Shown here: one piece after another, positions 47,547-61,102 of the stretch
How the letters are laid out: the number at the start of each line of letters is the position of its first letter
How positions within the stretch are numbered: position 1 is the first letter of the stretch
NCBI GenBank assembly: GCA_965277775.1
Contig: OZ255843.1
Coordinates: 1,209,641-1,273,640, forward strand
DNA length: 64,000 nucleotides
From: Gammaproteobacteria bacterium
GTDB lineage: Bacteria; Pseudomonadota; Gammaproteobacteria; CAKMZV01
Direction: 5' to 3'
The notes under the pieces: generated by a model
Database searches by the model: none
Seen by the model: the letters and a program-made list of their open reading frames with translations, nothing else
Told to the model about the DNA's origin: nothing
Program-made: the position numbers and the translations under genes

Positions 47547-49244
47547 TTATCCTTCTGACAATATCATTTCATCTTGCCCAGCGCCCGAAGGAATCATGGG
47601 AAAGACATTTTCTTCGCGGTCAGTGATGACGTCAATGAAGACCAAGCGATCTTTAATGGCAAAGGCTTGCTCTAATTCAGCTCTAAGCGTTTTAGGGTCT
47701 TTTATGCGCACCCCAACGTGACCGTAAGACTCAACAAGCTTGGTAAAATCGGGCAAAGATTGCATATAGGACATGGCATAGCGACGCTCGTAGAAGAACT
47801 CCTGCCATTGCCTGACCATGCCAAGGTAGCCGTTGTTCAAGCACAATATTTTAACGGGTAAAGCATATTGTGAGCAGGTGGACAGTTCTTGTAGCATCAT
47901 TTGGATGCTGCCTTCACCGGTGACGCACACCACTTCTGCATCAGGATGGGCTTTTTTCACACCCATGGCCGCAGGAAAACCAAAACCCATAGTGCCCAAG
48001 CCACCCGAATTGATCCAACGTAGCGGTTTGGTAAAGTGATAGTACTGAGCCGCCCACATTTGGTGCTGCCCGACATCGGAGGTTATGTAGGCATCCCCTT
48101 TGGTGATTTCATACAAGTGCTCGATCACCGCTTGGGGTTTGATCCTTTCGTCACATGTTTTGTAGGCCAAAGATTTGCGACTACGCCACTCATTGATTTG
48201 ATCCCACCATTCACTGACACGGGCATTGGGTTTGCGCGTATCTTTGGCTAACATGTCTAACATTTGTTCGAGAACTTGTTTGACGTCACCGACAATGGGG
48301 ACATCGACGTCGACATTTTTGGCAATACTTGAGGGGTCAATGTCAATATGAATGATTTTTGCATGGGGGCAGAATCTTTCCAAATTACCTGTGACGCGAT
48401 CGTCAAAGCGCGCGCCGATGGCAACGAGCACATCGCAGTTGTGCATGGCCAAATTGGCTTCGTAGGTGCCGTGCATGCCTAACATGCCGAGAAATAAAGG
48501 ATCGGTCGCAGGATAGGCGCCTAAGCCCATGAGCGTATTGGTAATGGGGAAGTCAAATCGCTTAACCAATGCCGTCAATTGCTCAGAAGCATGACCCAAA
48601 ATGACTCCGCCACCCGTATAAAAAATGGGTTTTTTGGCCGTCATCATGTAGTCGATGGCTTTTTTGATTTGCCCAAGATGCCCTTTGCCAACGGGTTGAT
48701 AAGTTCGTATATCGACGGTGTCGGGATAAGAAAATTCAATTGATTGTGCTGTAACGTCTTTGGGTATGTCAATTACAACGGGACCTTTACGACCAGAGCA
48801 GGCAATGAAAAACGCTTTTTTAATCGTTACTGCCAAATCAGCAACGTCTCTGACCAGAAAATTGTGTTTAACCACAGAGCGACTGACGCCAATCATATCG
48901 ACTTCTTGGAAGGCATCGTTGCCAATAAGGTCAACAGGCACTTGTCCAGAAATCACCACCATTGGAATAGAATCGGTGTAAGCGGTTGCTATGCCGGTTA
49001 TGGCATTTGTGGCACCAGGACCTGAGGTGACCAGAACGGTTCCAGGTTTACCCGTTGAGCGTGCGTAACCATCCGCCGCATGGGTGGCTGCTTGCTCGTG
49101 CCGCACGAGAATGTGTTCAATGTCTGTTTGATTGTAGAGTGCATCGTAGATGTGTAAGACGGCACCACCAGGGTACCCCCAAATACATTCCACGCCTTCT
49201 TGCTTTAGCGATTCGACTACAATCTGAGCGCCCGTTAATTTCAC
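47547..49244 (-). CDS. ilvI: acetolactate synthase large subunit (GTG start)
   Basis: 565 aa ThDP enzyme; GYPGGAVLHIYDAL N-terminus; GG..LG motif; GGAG RBS 6 nt upstream of GTG. Confidence 0.93.
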   Translation of the reverse strand: MKLTGAQIVVESLKQEGVECIWGYPGGAVLHIYDALYNQTDIEHILVRHEQAATHAADGYARSTGKPGTVLVTSGPGATNAITGIATAYTDSIPMVVISGQVPVDLIGNDAFQEVDMIGVSRSVVKHNFLVRDVADLAVTIKKAFFIACSGRKGPVVIDIPKDVTAQSIEFSYPDTVDIRTYQPVGKGHLGQIKKAIDYMMTAKKPIFYTGGGVILGHASEQLTALVKRFDFPITNTLMGLGAYPATDPLFLGMLGMHGTYEANLAMHNCDVLVAIGARFDDRVTGNLERFCPHAKIIHIDIDPSSIAKNVDVDVPIVGDVKQVLEQMLDMLAKDTRKPNARVSEWWDQINEWRSRKSLAYKTCDERIKPQAVIEHLYEITKGDAYITSDVGQHQMWAAQYYHFTKPLRWINSGGLGTMGFGFPAAMGVKKAHPDAEVVCVTGEGSIQMMLQELSTCSQYALPVKILCLNNGYLGMVRQWQEFFYERRYAMSYMQSLPDFTKLVESYGHVGVRIKDPKTLRAELEQAFAIKDRLVFIDVITDREENVFPMIPSGAGQDEMILSEG

Positions 49245-49506
49245 TTATTTCTCCGATATAAAAAACACACCTTTATTAGAAAATGAAGATGCTTGATTAC
49301 TATAAAAAATCATTCGTAATGATGGTAAAAAAGAGCCGATTGGGCAAAGAGTCTGCTTGAGCAGGATAAGCGGGGCAAACTTTAGGGCGCGCAAGTGTAC
49401 CCAATTTTGAGTATTATTTCAATGAAAAATCTTGTTTTCTAAGCAAAAACGCCGAAAAACGCTCACTTTTGCCCGATTTTATGGTGTGAACAGCGACTTC
49501 TAATGA

Positions 49507-50475
49507 TTATGATGACTCGAGATTCAGGTGTTGCAGCAGTTGATCAAACATTTGAGACGTCGTCAACTTGTCCACTTCAATGAGAGTGGCTGTCGGGAAT
49601 TTTTTGAACCATGTGCGCTGTTTTTTGGCCAATTGATGGGTGGCGGTAATGGCCAATTCAATCGCTTGGTCACGCGTGATGGTTTGATCTAAATAATCCC
49701 ACCACTGACGGTATCCCACACTGCGGATGGCGGTATTTTCTAATGATAAGTTGGGATTTTGATACAAATTTTCGACTTCTTCATCAAAGCCAGCTTCCAG
49801 CATGTTTAAGAAGCGTTGCTTTATGATGGCTCGGTGTTTGTCGCGGTCATTCATGGTCAAGGCAATGATCTTGTCGGGTTTACTGAAGATTTTAACGGCG
49901 TCTTGCCATTGGCTCATGGGTTGCCCCGAAATTTGCCAAATGGCAATGGCCCGCATGATGCGCTGAGCATCATTGGGATGGAGGCGGTCTGCGCTGATGG
50001 GATCCACTTGCTTGAGTTGCTGATGCAATGCCTGGACGCCTTGGGTTTTTAATTGTTCATTCAATGTCAAGCGAACCGACTCAGGCGTGCTCGGCAATTC
50101 GGACAGACCATTGAGCAAAGCATTGAAGTAGAGCATGCTACCACCGACCAACAGCGTTGGCTTTTGTTGCGCTTGGTTGTCATTGATGCATTGTGTTGCT
50201 TGATTGACAAATTGCGCCACCGAGTAATGGGTTTGGGCGTCCACGCAATCGATTAAATGGTGGCGAACAAGTTGTCGTTCTGTTGCCGTGGGTTTGGCCG
50301 AACCAATGTCTAGGCCTTTATAGACCATCACCGAATCAACGCTGATGATGTCGCATTGCAAATGTTGAGCCAGTTGGATGGCCACAGATGATTTGCCTGT
50401 GGCAGTTAAGCCCATAAGGGCAATGATGGGGCTTGTTAGAGCGCCATGGTTATTTGCCACGCTTGAACCATGCAT
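49507..50475 (-). CDS. miaA: tRNA dimethylallyltransferase (start placed at internal Met; maximal ORF overlaps mutL by 100 nt)
   Basis: P-loop IALMGLTATGKSSVAI; DSVMVYKGLDIGSAKP; mutL-miaA synteny. Confidence 0.88.
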   Translation of the reverse strand: MHGSSVANNHGALTSPIIALMGLTATGKSSVAIQLAQHLQCDIISVDSVMVYKGLDIGSAKPTATERQLVRHHLIDCVDAQTHYSVAQFVNQATQCINDNQAQQKPTLLVGGSMLYFNALLNGLSELPSTPESVRLTLNEQLKTQGVQALHQQLKQVDPISADRLHPNDAQRIMRAIAIWQISGQPMSQWQDAVKIFSKPDKIIALTMNDRDKHRAIIKQRFLNMLEAGFDEEVENLYQNPNLSLENTAIRSVGYRQWWDYLDQTITRDQAIELAITATHQLAKKQRTWFKKFPTATLIEVDKLTTSQMFDQLLQHLNLESS

Positions 50476-52216
50476 CCATCTCGGCCACGGGAAAGTGTTG
50501 AATGATTGGGCGACCATGATTGCAAACTTCACCAGATTCGACGTTTTCAAGCTGGCGCAGCAGGGCGTTCATTTCGTTGAGATTCATCATCCGATTGGCA
50601 CGAACAGCACTGTGACAGGCAATGGTGGACAGCAATGCCTCTATGTTTTGGCGCATTCTATGCGAATCAGACTCTTGCAGTAGGTCACTGAGCGTGTCGT
50701 GCACCAATTGCTTAATGTCCATATTCAGTAGCAATGAAGGAATTTGGCGAATGATGGCGGCGTTGTCACTGGCGGGTTCAATGATGAATTTCAGCGCTGT
50801 GAAATGGTCGTTGTGGCTATTGAGCAGCTCGCGTTCATCCGAGCTGAGGCTCAGACTGATGGGGACTAATAGGGTTTGGGCAGACAAATTATTATTTTGG
50901 TAGGCCGCCTTGAGTTTTTCATACAATATTCTTTCATGCGCACCATGGGCATCGACCACACAAATGCCGAGTTCAGTGGTGCTGAGAATAAAAGCCCCGT
51001 GGACAAAGGCCAAGGCTTCACCCAAGGGTGCGTTCATTGAGGCCAGATCCACAGTTTGTGCGCGAGGTTCTGGTTCGTTGGCAAACGGAATGTAGGACTC
51101 TAAGCGAGATGAATTTGCGGCAGGCGAACGTGGGCTACTATGACCCGTCGGACGTTGAAAGACCAACTGCTGAGACTGTACAGGCAAATCACGGCTAACA
51201 ACAGGCGGATTGTTTTTGTTCGCTTCATCCTGTTCTTTGATGGGGCGCGATATGGTGTGGTGCACCGCTTGGCGAATGAAATCAAATGCGCCCGTTTGAC
51301 GAAAACGCACCTCATGTTTAGCGGGATGAACATTGACGTCCACCTCTGAGGCAGGCAGGTCAAAATACAACACATAAGCGGGTTGTCGATCGTGATACAT
51401 CATGTCTCTATAGGCGCGTCGTACTGCACCAGAAAGCAATTTGTCTTTGACCATGCGTTGGTTGACGTACCAATATTGCATGTCGTTTTGGGCGCGTGAG
51501 AAGACCGGTTTGGCGACAAAACCGTGGAGTGAAAAATCCCCTTGTTTGAATTTTATTTCAACGGCGGCTTCGCAGAAATCTTTGCCAAGAACTTGACGAA
51601 TACGCGCCAACTGAGAGGTGGTGTCGCTGCTTTGTTCACAACGGAATACTTGTTTGCCATTGTGCTCAACGACAAAAGCGCAATGCGGATTGGCCAAAAC
51701 CAGACGATGAATGGTGTTTAAGCAATGTCTGTATTCAGTGGACTCAGCGCGTAAGAATTTTTTGCGGGCGGGCACGTTAAAGAATAAATCGTCCAACTGC
51801 ACCTCAGTGCCTTCTGAACAAGCGATGGGTTTGATGTCTTCATTGCGCCAAATCCAGCCATGTTCATCGGCTTTGGTTTTTGAAGTGATCGACAATCGGC
51901 TCACCGCGCTGATACTCGACAATGCTTCTCCACGAAAGCCTAAGGTTTGAATGTTGAACAGATCGCTCGATTGCGTGATTTTGCTGGTGGCGTGCGCCTC
52001 AACCGCCAGTTTCAAGTCTGCTTGAGACAGCCCGATGCCATTGTCAATGACACAGATGCGACCAATGCCGCCTTTTTGCAGTTGGATTTTAATGGTATCA
52101 GCTTTGGCATCGATGGCATTTTCCACCAGTTCTTTGACGACGGAAGCGGGGCGTTCAATCACTTCGCCAGCGGCGATTTGATTGGCTAGTGCGGGGGGGA
52201 GGATTTTTATTGGCAT
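50450..52216 (-). CDS. mutL: DNA mismatch repair protein MutL
   Basis: 588 aa; GHKL ATPase N-terminus MPIKILPPALANQIAAGEVIERPASVVKELVENAIDA; C-terminal dimerisation domain. Confidence 0.93.
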   Translation of the reverse strand: MPIKILPPALANQIAAGEVIERPASVVKELVENAIDAKADTIKIQLQKGGIGRICVIDNGIGLSQADLKLAVEAHATSKITQSSDLFNIQTLGFRGEALSSISAVSRLSITSKTKADEHGWIWRNEDIKPIACSEGTEVQLDDLFFNVPARKKFLRAESTEYRHCLNTIHRLVLANPHCAFVVEHNGKQVFRCEQSSDTTSQLARIRQVLGKDFCEAAVEIKFKQGDFSLHGFVAKPVFSRAQNDMQYWYVNQRMVKDKLLSGAVRRAYRDMMYHDRQPAYVLYFDLPASEVDVNVHPAKHEVRFRQTGAFDFIRQAVHHTISRPIKEQDEANKNNPPVVSRDLPVQSQQLVFQRPTGHSSPRSPAANSSRLESYIPFANEPEPRAQTVDLASMNAPLGEALAFVHGAFILSTTELGICVVDAHGAHERILYEKLKAAYQNNNLSAQTLLVPISLSLSSDERELLNSHNDHFTALKFIIEPASDNAAIIRQIPSLLLNMDIKQLVHDTLSDLLQESDSHRMRQNIEALLSTIACHSAVRANRMMNLNEMNALLRQLENVESGEVCNHGRPIIQHFPVAEMDAWFKRGK

Positions 52217-53586
52217 TACTTTGGAATGATGAGTTTTTGCCCAACATAAATTCGATCAGAGGTTAAGGCATTGGTGTTTTTAATGTTTTGAATGGATCGA
52301 CCGTATAAGCGTGAAATGGTGTAAAGGGTTTCACCAGATTGTACAACGTGAAGCGGCAAATATTCTGCTTCATTGGGTGGCGGCGCTGTCTCTAAGGTTG
52401 TCAGTGGGCGACGGGGCAAAATGTAACGGTTTTTGTAGGCTTTCAATCCTTGGTAGAGTGCCTGAGCCACGGCATTTTGCCCGCGCTTAGAACGCAGCCT
52501 TTTGGCATCAGCTTGATTGGTTAGGAAACCCGTTTCAACCAAGACTGATGCGATGGGCGATCGAAGCACCGCAAAATTCGCACTGTGGGGCTTTTTAAAA
52601 GCAAGCGGCCCCGCCTTTTTGAGTGATTTGAGGAGGGTGTTCGCCAATCTGTGAGAGCTGCCCAAAGTTGCCTGAAATTGGATGTCAGACAATGCCCGTC
52701 GTAGGTCGGCTGGTAAGTCTTGCAATTTAAATTCAAAACCGTCAACGCTGTTTTCATTTTTTGCCAATCTTTGAGCCATCCTATCGGACGCTTTTTCAGA
52801 CAAGGTGTAAACGGATGCGCCTTTAACGTATTTTGCCGAAGGCAGCGCATCGGCGTGAATGGAGATGAACACATCGGCATTACTCTTATTGGCCAAGCGC
52901 ACGCGTTCAACGAGGGGAACTTTTTTATCCTTGGGCCGAGTTAATAAGACTTCAAAGTGCGGGTCTTTTCTCAACAATGCAGCCAATTTATTACTGATGT
53001 TAAAGACCACCTTCTTTTCAATGGTGCCGAATGCTGTCGCCCCTGGATCAACGCCACCGTGACCTGCGTCGATCATGATCTTGGCCTTTATGACTTTTTT
53101 GGAAGGCGGCAGTATGTGTGAAGTTTGCGCCTTTTTGGCTTTGCTTTGGTTTTTTGCCGATGAATGTAATTGCAAGTTCAATTGGTGCGAACCATCGTGC
53201 TTGTTGACAGAGAACTTGACGCTTGGGTTGCCTTTTAAATCAAAGACAATGCGAAAATAATTTTTTTCGTTATTCGTGGCTGTTCGGATGCTTTGAATGA
53301 GCGATTTATCGCCAAAATTCCGTTCTAAAGATGCGGCGCTTTTGCTATTCTTAAAATCCACCACCAATCGGTCATTGGATTGTTTGGGTTCTAAGCGAAA
53401 ATATTTATATTGAAAAGACTGGTTTAAGGTGATTGAGACCAGAGTTTTAGTCGGCGACTTTGTGCTGACTGTCAATCCTGTTATGGTCGATGCAGCCAGT
53501 GCGTGGATGGGCAGAATAGCCATCATGAACAGCAGCAAGCAATGTACCCTAAAGCCTGTTATTGTGAACAATCGAAAAAAAATCAT
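52216..53586 (-). CDS. amiB: N-acetylmuramoyl-L-alanine amidase (AmiB/AmiC-like) with C-terminal LysM
   Basis: 456 aa; signal peptide, AMIN-like N-domain, Amidase_3 zinc site (IMIDAGHGG...), C-terminal LysM (HVVQSGETLYTISRLYG). Confidence 0.85.
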   Translation of the reverse strand: MIFFRLFTITGFRVHCLLLFMMAILPIHALAASTITGLTVSTKSPTKTLVSITLNQSFQYKYFRLEPKQSNDRLVVDFKNSKSAASLERNFGDKSLIQSIRTATNNEKNYFRIVFDLKGNPSVKFSVNKHDGSHQLNLQLHSSAKNQSKAKKAQTSHILPPSKKVIKAKIMIDAGHGGVDPGATAFGTIEKKVVFNISNKLAALLRKDPHFEVLLTRPKDKKVPLVERVRLANKSNADVFISIHADALPSAKYVKGASVYTLSEKASDRMAQRLAKNENSVDGFEFKLQDLPADLRRALSDIQFQATLGSSHRLANTLLKSLKKAGPLAFKKPHSANFAVLRSPIASVLVETGFLTNQADAKRLRSKRGQNAVAQALYQGLKAYKNRYILPRRPLTTLETAPPPNEAEYLPLHVVQSGETLYTISRLYGRSIQNIKNTNALTSDRIYVGQKLIIPK

Positions 53587-53591
53587 TGCAA

Positions 53592-54060
53592 TTATCTGAG
53601 CTGAATGGGAAATTTGTCGGGTATGTCCAGTGTGATGGTTCGGCCATTGTCATAACAATCTTGCTGTGTGTCAAAATGAATCGCCAGCGCTTGTTCAGTC
53701 AACCCATCAAGCAATGGTTGTGGCCATTCTATAAGGGCAACGGTGTTGTGCACGAGGTGGTCAAACAGTCCCATATATTCTAATTCATCAATAGATTTTA
53801 TCCTATATAGATCGATGTGGTAAAGGCTGAAATCATATTTTGTTGGATAGACCTTGATGATCTCATAAGTGGGGCTTTTAACAATGGTTTCATCGGTCAA
53901 TGCTTGAATCAAGCCACGACAAAAAGTGGTTTTGCCAGAGCCCAAATCACCCGTTAAAAAGATGATGCACCCCTGCGCCGACGCCGTAATCGGTGCTTGG
54001 TTTTGAAGCAAATTTAAAGCCAGCTTCTGCCCCAATTGCTCTGTTTGTTGGGCGCTTTGG

Positions 54061-54080
<20 letters not shown>
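53592..54080 (-). CDS. tsaE: tRNA threonylcarbamoyladenosine biosynthesis protein TsaE
   Basis: 162 aa; P-loop GDLGSGKTTFCRG; conserved tsaE-amiB-mutL-miaA order. Confidence 0.85.
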
Positions 54081-56533
<2,453 letters not shown>

Positions 56534-58437
56534 TGGTCACTAATTTTGCATAAGCTTTGAGCGCCAAAGACACTTTGCGCGTGCGTGGGGTGTGAACCGA
56601 CCAAGCATCTTTGCCGCGCTCATTTTCTTTAGCCACACGTTGTTGGATCACGTCGTCAGCCACTTTTAAGTGGATGCGACGATTGGGAATATCAATTTCT
56701 ATGACATCATTTTCTTCAACCACGCCAATCAGTCCCCCTTCTGCCGCTTCTGGCGAAACGTGACCAATGGATAAGCCCGATGTGCCACCAGAAAAACGAC
56801 CGTCGGTCAGCAAAGCACATTGTTTGCCTAAGCCTTTGGCTTTTAAGTAGCTGGTCGGGTAAAGCATTTCTTGCATACCAGGACCACCAATTGGGCCTTC
56901 GTGACGAATCACCACCACATCACCTGCCACAATTTTGTCGGCCAAAATGGCTTCTACCGCACTGTCTTGGCTTTCAAATACGCGGGCACGACCTTCAAAT
57001 TTTAGTATGGAGGCATCGACCCCAGCGGTTTTGACCACACAGCCTTGCTGAGCAATATTGCCAAATAAGACGGCCAATCCGCCATCGGTGCTGAAAGCGT
57101 GTTCAACCGAATGAATGCAACCATTTTCGCGATCAAGGTCTAAATCTTTCCAGCGTTTTGACTGACTGAACGCTTGAGTGGTGCGAACGCCGCCCGGTGC
57201 AGCGAGATAAAATTTTTGCACCGCTTCGCTCGGTTGCCGTGAAATGTCCCATTTGTCAATGGCTTCTTTCAACGTTGGGGCATGAACGGTCGTGCACTCG
57301 GTGTTGAGTAGCCCCGCTTTTTCCAATTGTCCTAATAGCGCAAATATGCCACCGGCTCTGTGCACATCTTCCATGTGGTATTTGGGGCTATTGGGTGCGA
57401 CTTTTGACAAACAAGGCACTTTACGCGATAAACGATCAATGTCATCCAAAGTAAAGTCGATGCCACCTTCGTGGGCGGCGGCTAAGATATGTAATATGGT
57501 ATTGGTTGAACCACCCATGGCAATGTCCAAACACATGGCATTTTCAAAGGCCTGAAAATTCGCCACATTCCGTGGTAAAACGCTTTCATCACCTTGTTCA
57601 TAGTAGCGTTTGGTAATATCAACAATGGTGCGTCCAGCTTGCAGAAAAAGATTTTCTCGATCCGTATGCGTGGCCAAGCACGAGCCATTACCCGGCAAAG
57701 AAAGCCCTATGGCTTCGGTCAAGCAATTCATGGAATTTGCGGTAAACATACCTGAGCACGAGCCGCAGGTGGGGCAAGCACTGATTTCTATCTCATCAAC
57801 CATTTCGTCAGAATTTTTATCGTTCGCCGCTTGCACCATGGCATCGACCAAATCTAATTTGATGGTTTGTCCGCCAAGCACGGTCTTTCCAGCTTCCATC
57901 GGTCCACCTGAAACAAAAATGGCTGGAATGTTGAGGCGCATGGCTGCATTGAGCATGCCCGGTGTGATTTTGTCGCAATTGGATATGCAAACGACGGCAT
58001 CGGCGCAGTGGGCATTGCACATATATTCAACCGCATCAGAAATGACCTCGCGCGAGGGCAGTGAATAAAGCATGCCGTCATGACCCATGGCAATACCATC
58101 ATCGACGGCAATGGTATTAAATTCTTTGGCAATGCCACCACAGCGTTCAATTTCTCGTGCAACCAACTGACCCAAATCTTTGAGATGGACGTGGCCAGGG
58201 ACAAACTGCGTGAAAGAATTGGATATGGCTATGATGGGTTTGCCAAAATCTGCGGAACCAACCCCTGTTGCACGCCATAGCGCCCGAGCACCTGCCATAT
58301 TACGACCGTGGGTTGAGGTTTTTGAACGATATTCAATCATGGCATTCCTTATTTAAGTATGGATAATAAATGGATTTTAACAACGACGGCGCATTTTTGC
58401 GCATTGTTTTAAAGGCTTTGTCTGAATGGCGCATCGC

Positions 58438-58513
58438 TGGTCTCCCCGCCAGGACTTGAACCCGGATTTAAAGCTTAGGAGGCTCTCGTTCTATCCTGTT
58501 GAACTACAGGGAG
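58438..58513 (-). tRNA. tRNA-Arg (anticodon CCU)
   Basis: 76-nt cloverleaf on minus strand: acceptor CTCCCTG/CGGGGAG, D-arm GTTC-AACAGGATA-GAAC, anticodon arm AGAGC-CTCCTAA-GCTTT, T-arm CCGGG-TTCAAGT-CCTGG, encoded CCA; resembles E. coli argW. Confidence 0.9.
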
Positions 58514-58521
58514 GTCGATTG

Positions 58522-58842
58522 TTAAAGGGATTTTATATAGGCAGCGAGGTTTGCAATGTCATCATCTGACAATCCAGCAGCCATGCCAAACATGATGGCA
58601 CTGTTGGCGCCAATTTGTTCGCCGGCACGATATTTCTTTAATTTTTCTACAGTGGCTGCAATGGGATTGCCCGCTAATTTAGGGAAGGTGGCAATGCCTT
58701 CAGCATTGATGCCATGACAACTGGCACAAACCGTAGAAAATTTTTCTTTGCCTTTGGCGATGTCAGCAGCATGACTGGCACTGAATGCGGTTAAAGAAAT
58801 TAAGGCGAGAGCAAGAAAAGGTTTGATTAAAAAATGTTTCAT
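58522..58842 (-). CDS. periplasmic mono-haem cytochrome c (c5/c551-like)
   Basis: 106 aa; signal peptide; CASCHG haem-binding CxxCH; Met ligand region near C-terminus. Confidence 0.75.
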   Translation of the reverse strand: MKHFLIKPFLALALISLTAFSASHAADIAKGKEKFSTVCASCHGINAEGIATFPKLAGNPIAATVEKLKKYRAGEQIGANSAIMFGMAAGLSDDDIANLAAYIKSL

Positions 58843-58953
58843 ATAAATCCTGTGATCGTTGCGATTCCATTTTACATTGTCTGATTATACCAGAAACCTT
58901 CGGTCAGATTAGGCGTGAGGCGGTTGTGTGCGATAGGGGGGAAGGGTTTGTAC

Positions 58954-61083
58954 TCAGGGGCTGAATCCTTGCGATTGGTCAAACATTCGATTGCGCGAAT
59001 CTTTAGGTCCTAAGGACGCTAATCCTTTCAACACAAGCTCAAAGATGATTTCTGTTGAAGCTTCAGCAGAAACATTGTTGAGGTTATTGTATTTTCGTGC
59101 AATAGCCGTGTTGAATTGCCAACAACAATCATCGTAAGTAAAACCAATGAGCGAATGATCAAGTCGCTGATTGGTGATGTTGTAATTGCTCAACGCATGA
59201 AGCTGCCAGGGCGTGTTGAGGTCAACGCTCACTCCTGCGGAAAAATATTGAAGCGTTTCAGTGAGCGTGCTTTGATGCAGATAGTTCACTCGCACATCGT
59301 GGCTATCACCATCGTAGAGCACATTACTGTTGATATAGGTTGGATCTGAAACATCTAAATCCCATTGACTGAGCGTTTCAAAGAGCACGCGATCGACGGT
59401 AAACGAAGATTCTAAAAACCAACTGTCGTTGACGGGACGTTCACGACTGACAGTTGGCGTAGAAATGTCCACGCTTCTGCCAGCGGCAAGGTGACCAAAG
59501 GCCGTTGAATTGGTTAGGTGATAACGTTGTTTGACGATGGCAACCACACGATTGGATTCGCGTAAACCATCGTCGCCATTTAGTTCAACGGGGTCGTACA
59601 ATTGTTGTAAACGGGTGATGGGTTTGGTTGATGTGTCAAAATCAGGCAGATGTGACTGTTTGACATAGGGACTAAAAACATAGTGCAACGATGGTTCAAA
59701 GGTCAAGCTGAGCGCTTTTCTAAAAAAGTCAGGGGTATTATCAAAATAGAGTGACCCGCCTGTGTGGAGGTAAGCATTGGAAAAGTCAAAATTTTGTTCG
59801 TCGCGGTTCTGTTGTAATTGATAGTGGTTATATCGCCCGCCCGTTTCCACGATGAGCCTATATTGATTCGCCGGTTTTATCCACTGCCAATAAGGGTTAA
59901 ACACAATGCGTTTACCAGAAGTGAGCTGGTCATCATTTTTGCGGCTTGCAGGACGACTGAAGTTGCTCACCTGTCCTCGAATGGTAAAACGCGAAGCGCC
60001 TTGACGGTCGATGTATTGCCAATGTTCTATCTGAGGCAAACGCACCAACCCATCTTGTTGGGGATTGATCAATGATATATTATCTTGGACTGAAACATGG
60101 GTGCGACTGGCTTTTGTGGCATAGGTGACGCGAACGTGACGGTCTTTGGAAGCGGTTTGCTCGTCGTCAAAAATACTGGGCAGGGTTTGATAAATGTAGC
60201 GGGGGTTGTATGCGGCCCAATCAACGCTGAATTTGAGATTCTCATTGACGGTGGTTTTGTTTTTCCAGGCATAGGTTGATAAATTTTCGCCCCCATTGGT
60301 ATTATTTCTAAGCAATGGATCATTTTGTAAGTAAGCCCCCCTTAATGTGCCCTCACTGTGACTTTGTAAATAACGAAACTCGCCGCTTGTTAGCAAGCCT
60401 CTATTTTGCAAAGCCGTTGCATACACAGTGACATCATAGTTGGGCGCAAGGTTAAGGTAGTATCCTTGGTGATAATAAAGGCCTTCAGTTTGCTTGGTTG
60501 AATTGACTCGTGTGGGTTGATAATAACCAAAAGAAGGGAACAACAAACCGCTTCGACGGCGCAAACTGAATTTTAAATAGGGGCTATAAAAAATGGGGAT
60601 GTCTTGAAATTCCAATACGGCGTTATGGCTGGTGATGGTTTGATCGTTTTTATCAAAATGGGTGCGACTGCTTTCGATGCGCCAAGCCAAGTCTTGTTGT
60701 TCGCCCTCACAAAGCGTTAGGATGCTTTGATCAACGTCAAATGAATTTTTATTACTGGCAAAACCTGTGCCCCATAATCGAATATTTTGATGTTGAACGT
60801 ACAAGCGACTTGTTGATGTTATGGAATCATCTTCAACATTGACCAATATTTCATCAGCGCTTAAATTAAAATCGGGATGATTTGCGCTAACCGAGCCAGA
60901 AAAATTGATAAACCGATCCAGTTGTCCTTGAATGAACTTGCTTTCGACGGTGAAAATCTCACTCGTCGGCGCTGGCTTTGGGCAATTTAAATTTTGCGCT
61001 TGACTGATACCAGAATACACGAGGATCAATGGTAAAATATGGCGTAGGAGAACCCCCACCTTTTGCATATCAATCAAGGTCAT
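58954..61083 (-). CDS. lptD: LPS-assembly protein LptD (OstA/Imp)
   Basis: 709 aa; signal peptide, OstA N-domain, large C-terminal beta-barrel; conserved neighbourhood with amgK/murU. Confidence 0.88.
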   Translation of the reverse strand: MTLIDMQKVGVLLRHILPLILVYSGISQAQNLNCPKPAPTSEIFTVESKFIQGQLDRFINFSGSVSANHPDFNLSADEILVNVEDDSITSTSRLYVQHQNIRLWGTGFASNKNSFDVDQSILTLCEGEQQDLAWRIESSRTHFDKNDQTITSHNAVLEFQDIPIFYSPYLKFSLRRRSGLLFPSFGYYQPTRVNSTKQTEGLYYHQGYYLNLAPNYDVTVYATALQNRGLLTSGEFRYLQSHSEGTLRGAYLQNDPLLRNNTNGGENLSTYAWKNKTTVNENLKFSVDWAAYNPRYIYQTLPSIFDDEQTASKDRHVRVTYATKASRTHVSVQDNISLINPQQDGLVRLPQIEHWQYIDRQGASRFTIRGQVSNFSRPASRKNDDQLTSGKRIVFNPYWQWIKPANQYRLIVETGGRYNHYQLQQNRDEQNFDFSNAYLHTGGSLYFDNTPDFFRKALSLTFEPSLHYVFSPYVKQSHLPDFDTSTKPITRLQQLYDPVELNGDDGLRESNRVVAIVKQRYHLTNSTAFGHLAAGRSVDISTPTVSRERPVNDSWFLESSFTVDRVLFETLSQWDLDVSDPTYINSNVLYDGDSHDVRVNYLHQSTLTETLQYFSAGVSVDLNTPWQLHALSNYNITNQRLDHSLIGFTYDDCCWQFNTAIARKYNNLNNVSAEASTEIIFELVLKGLASLGPKDSRNRMFDQSQGFSP

Positions 61084-61102
61084 GATATTCGCATTTTAAA
61101 AT

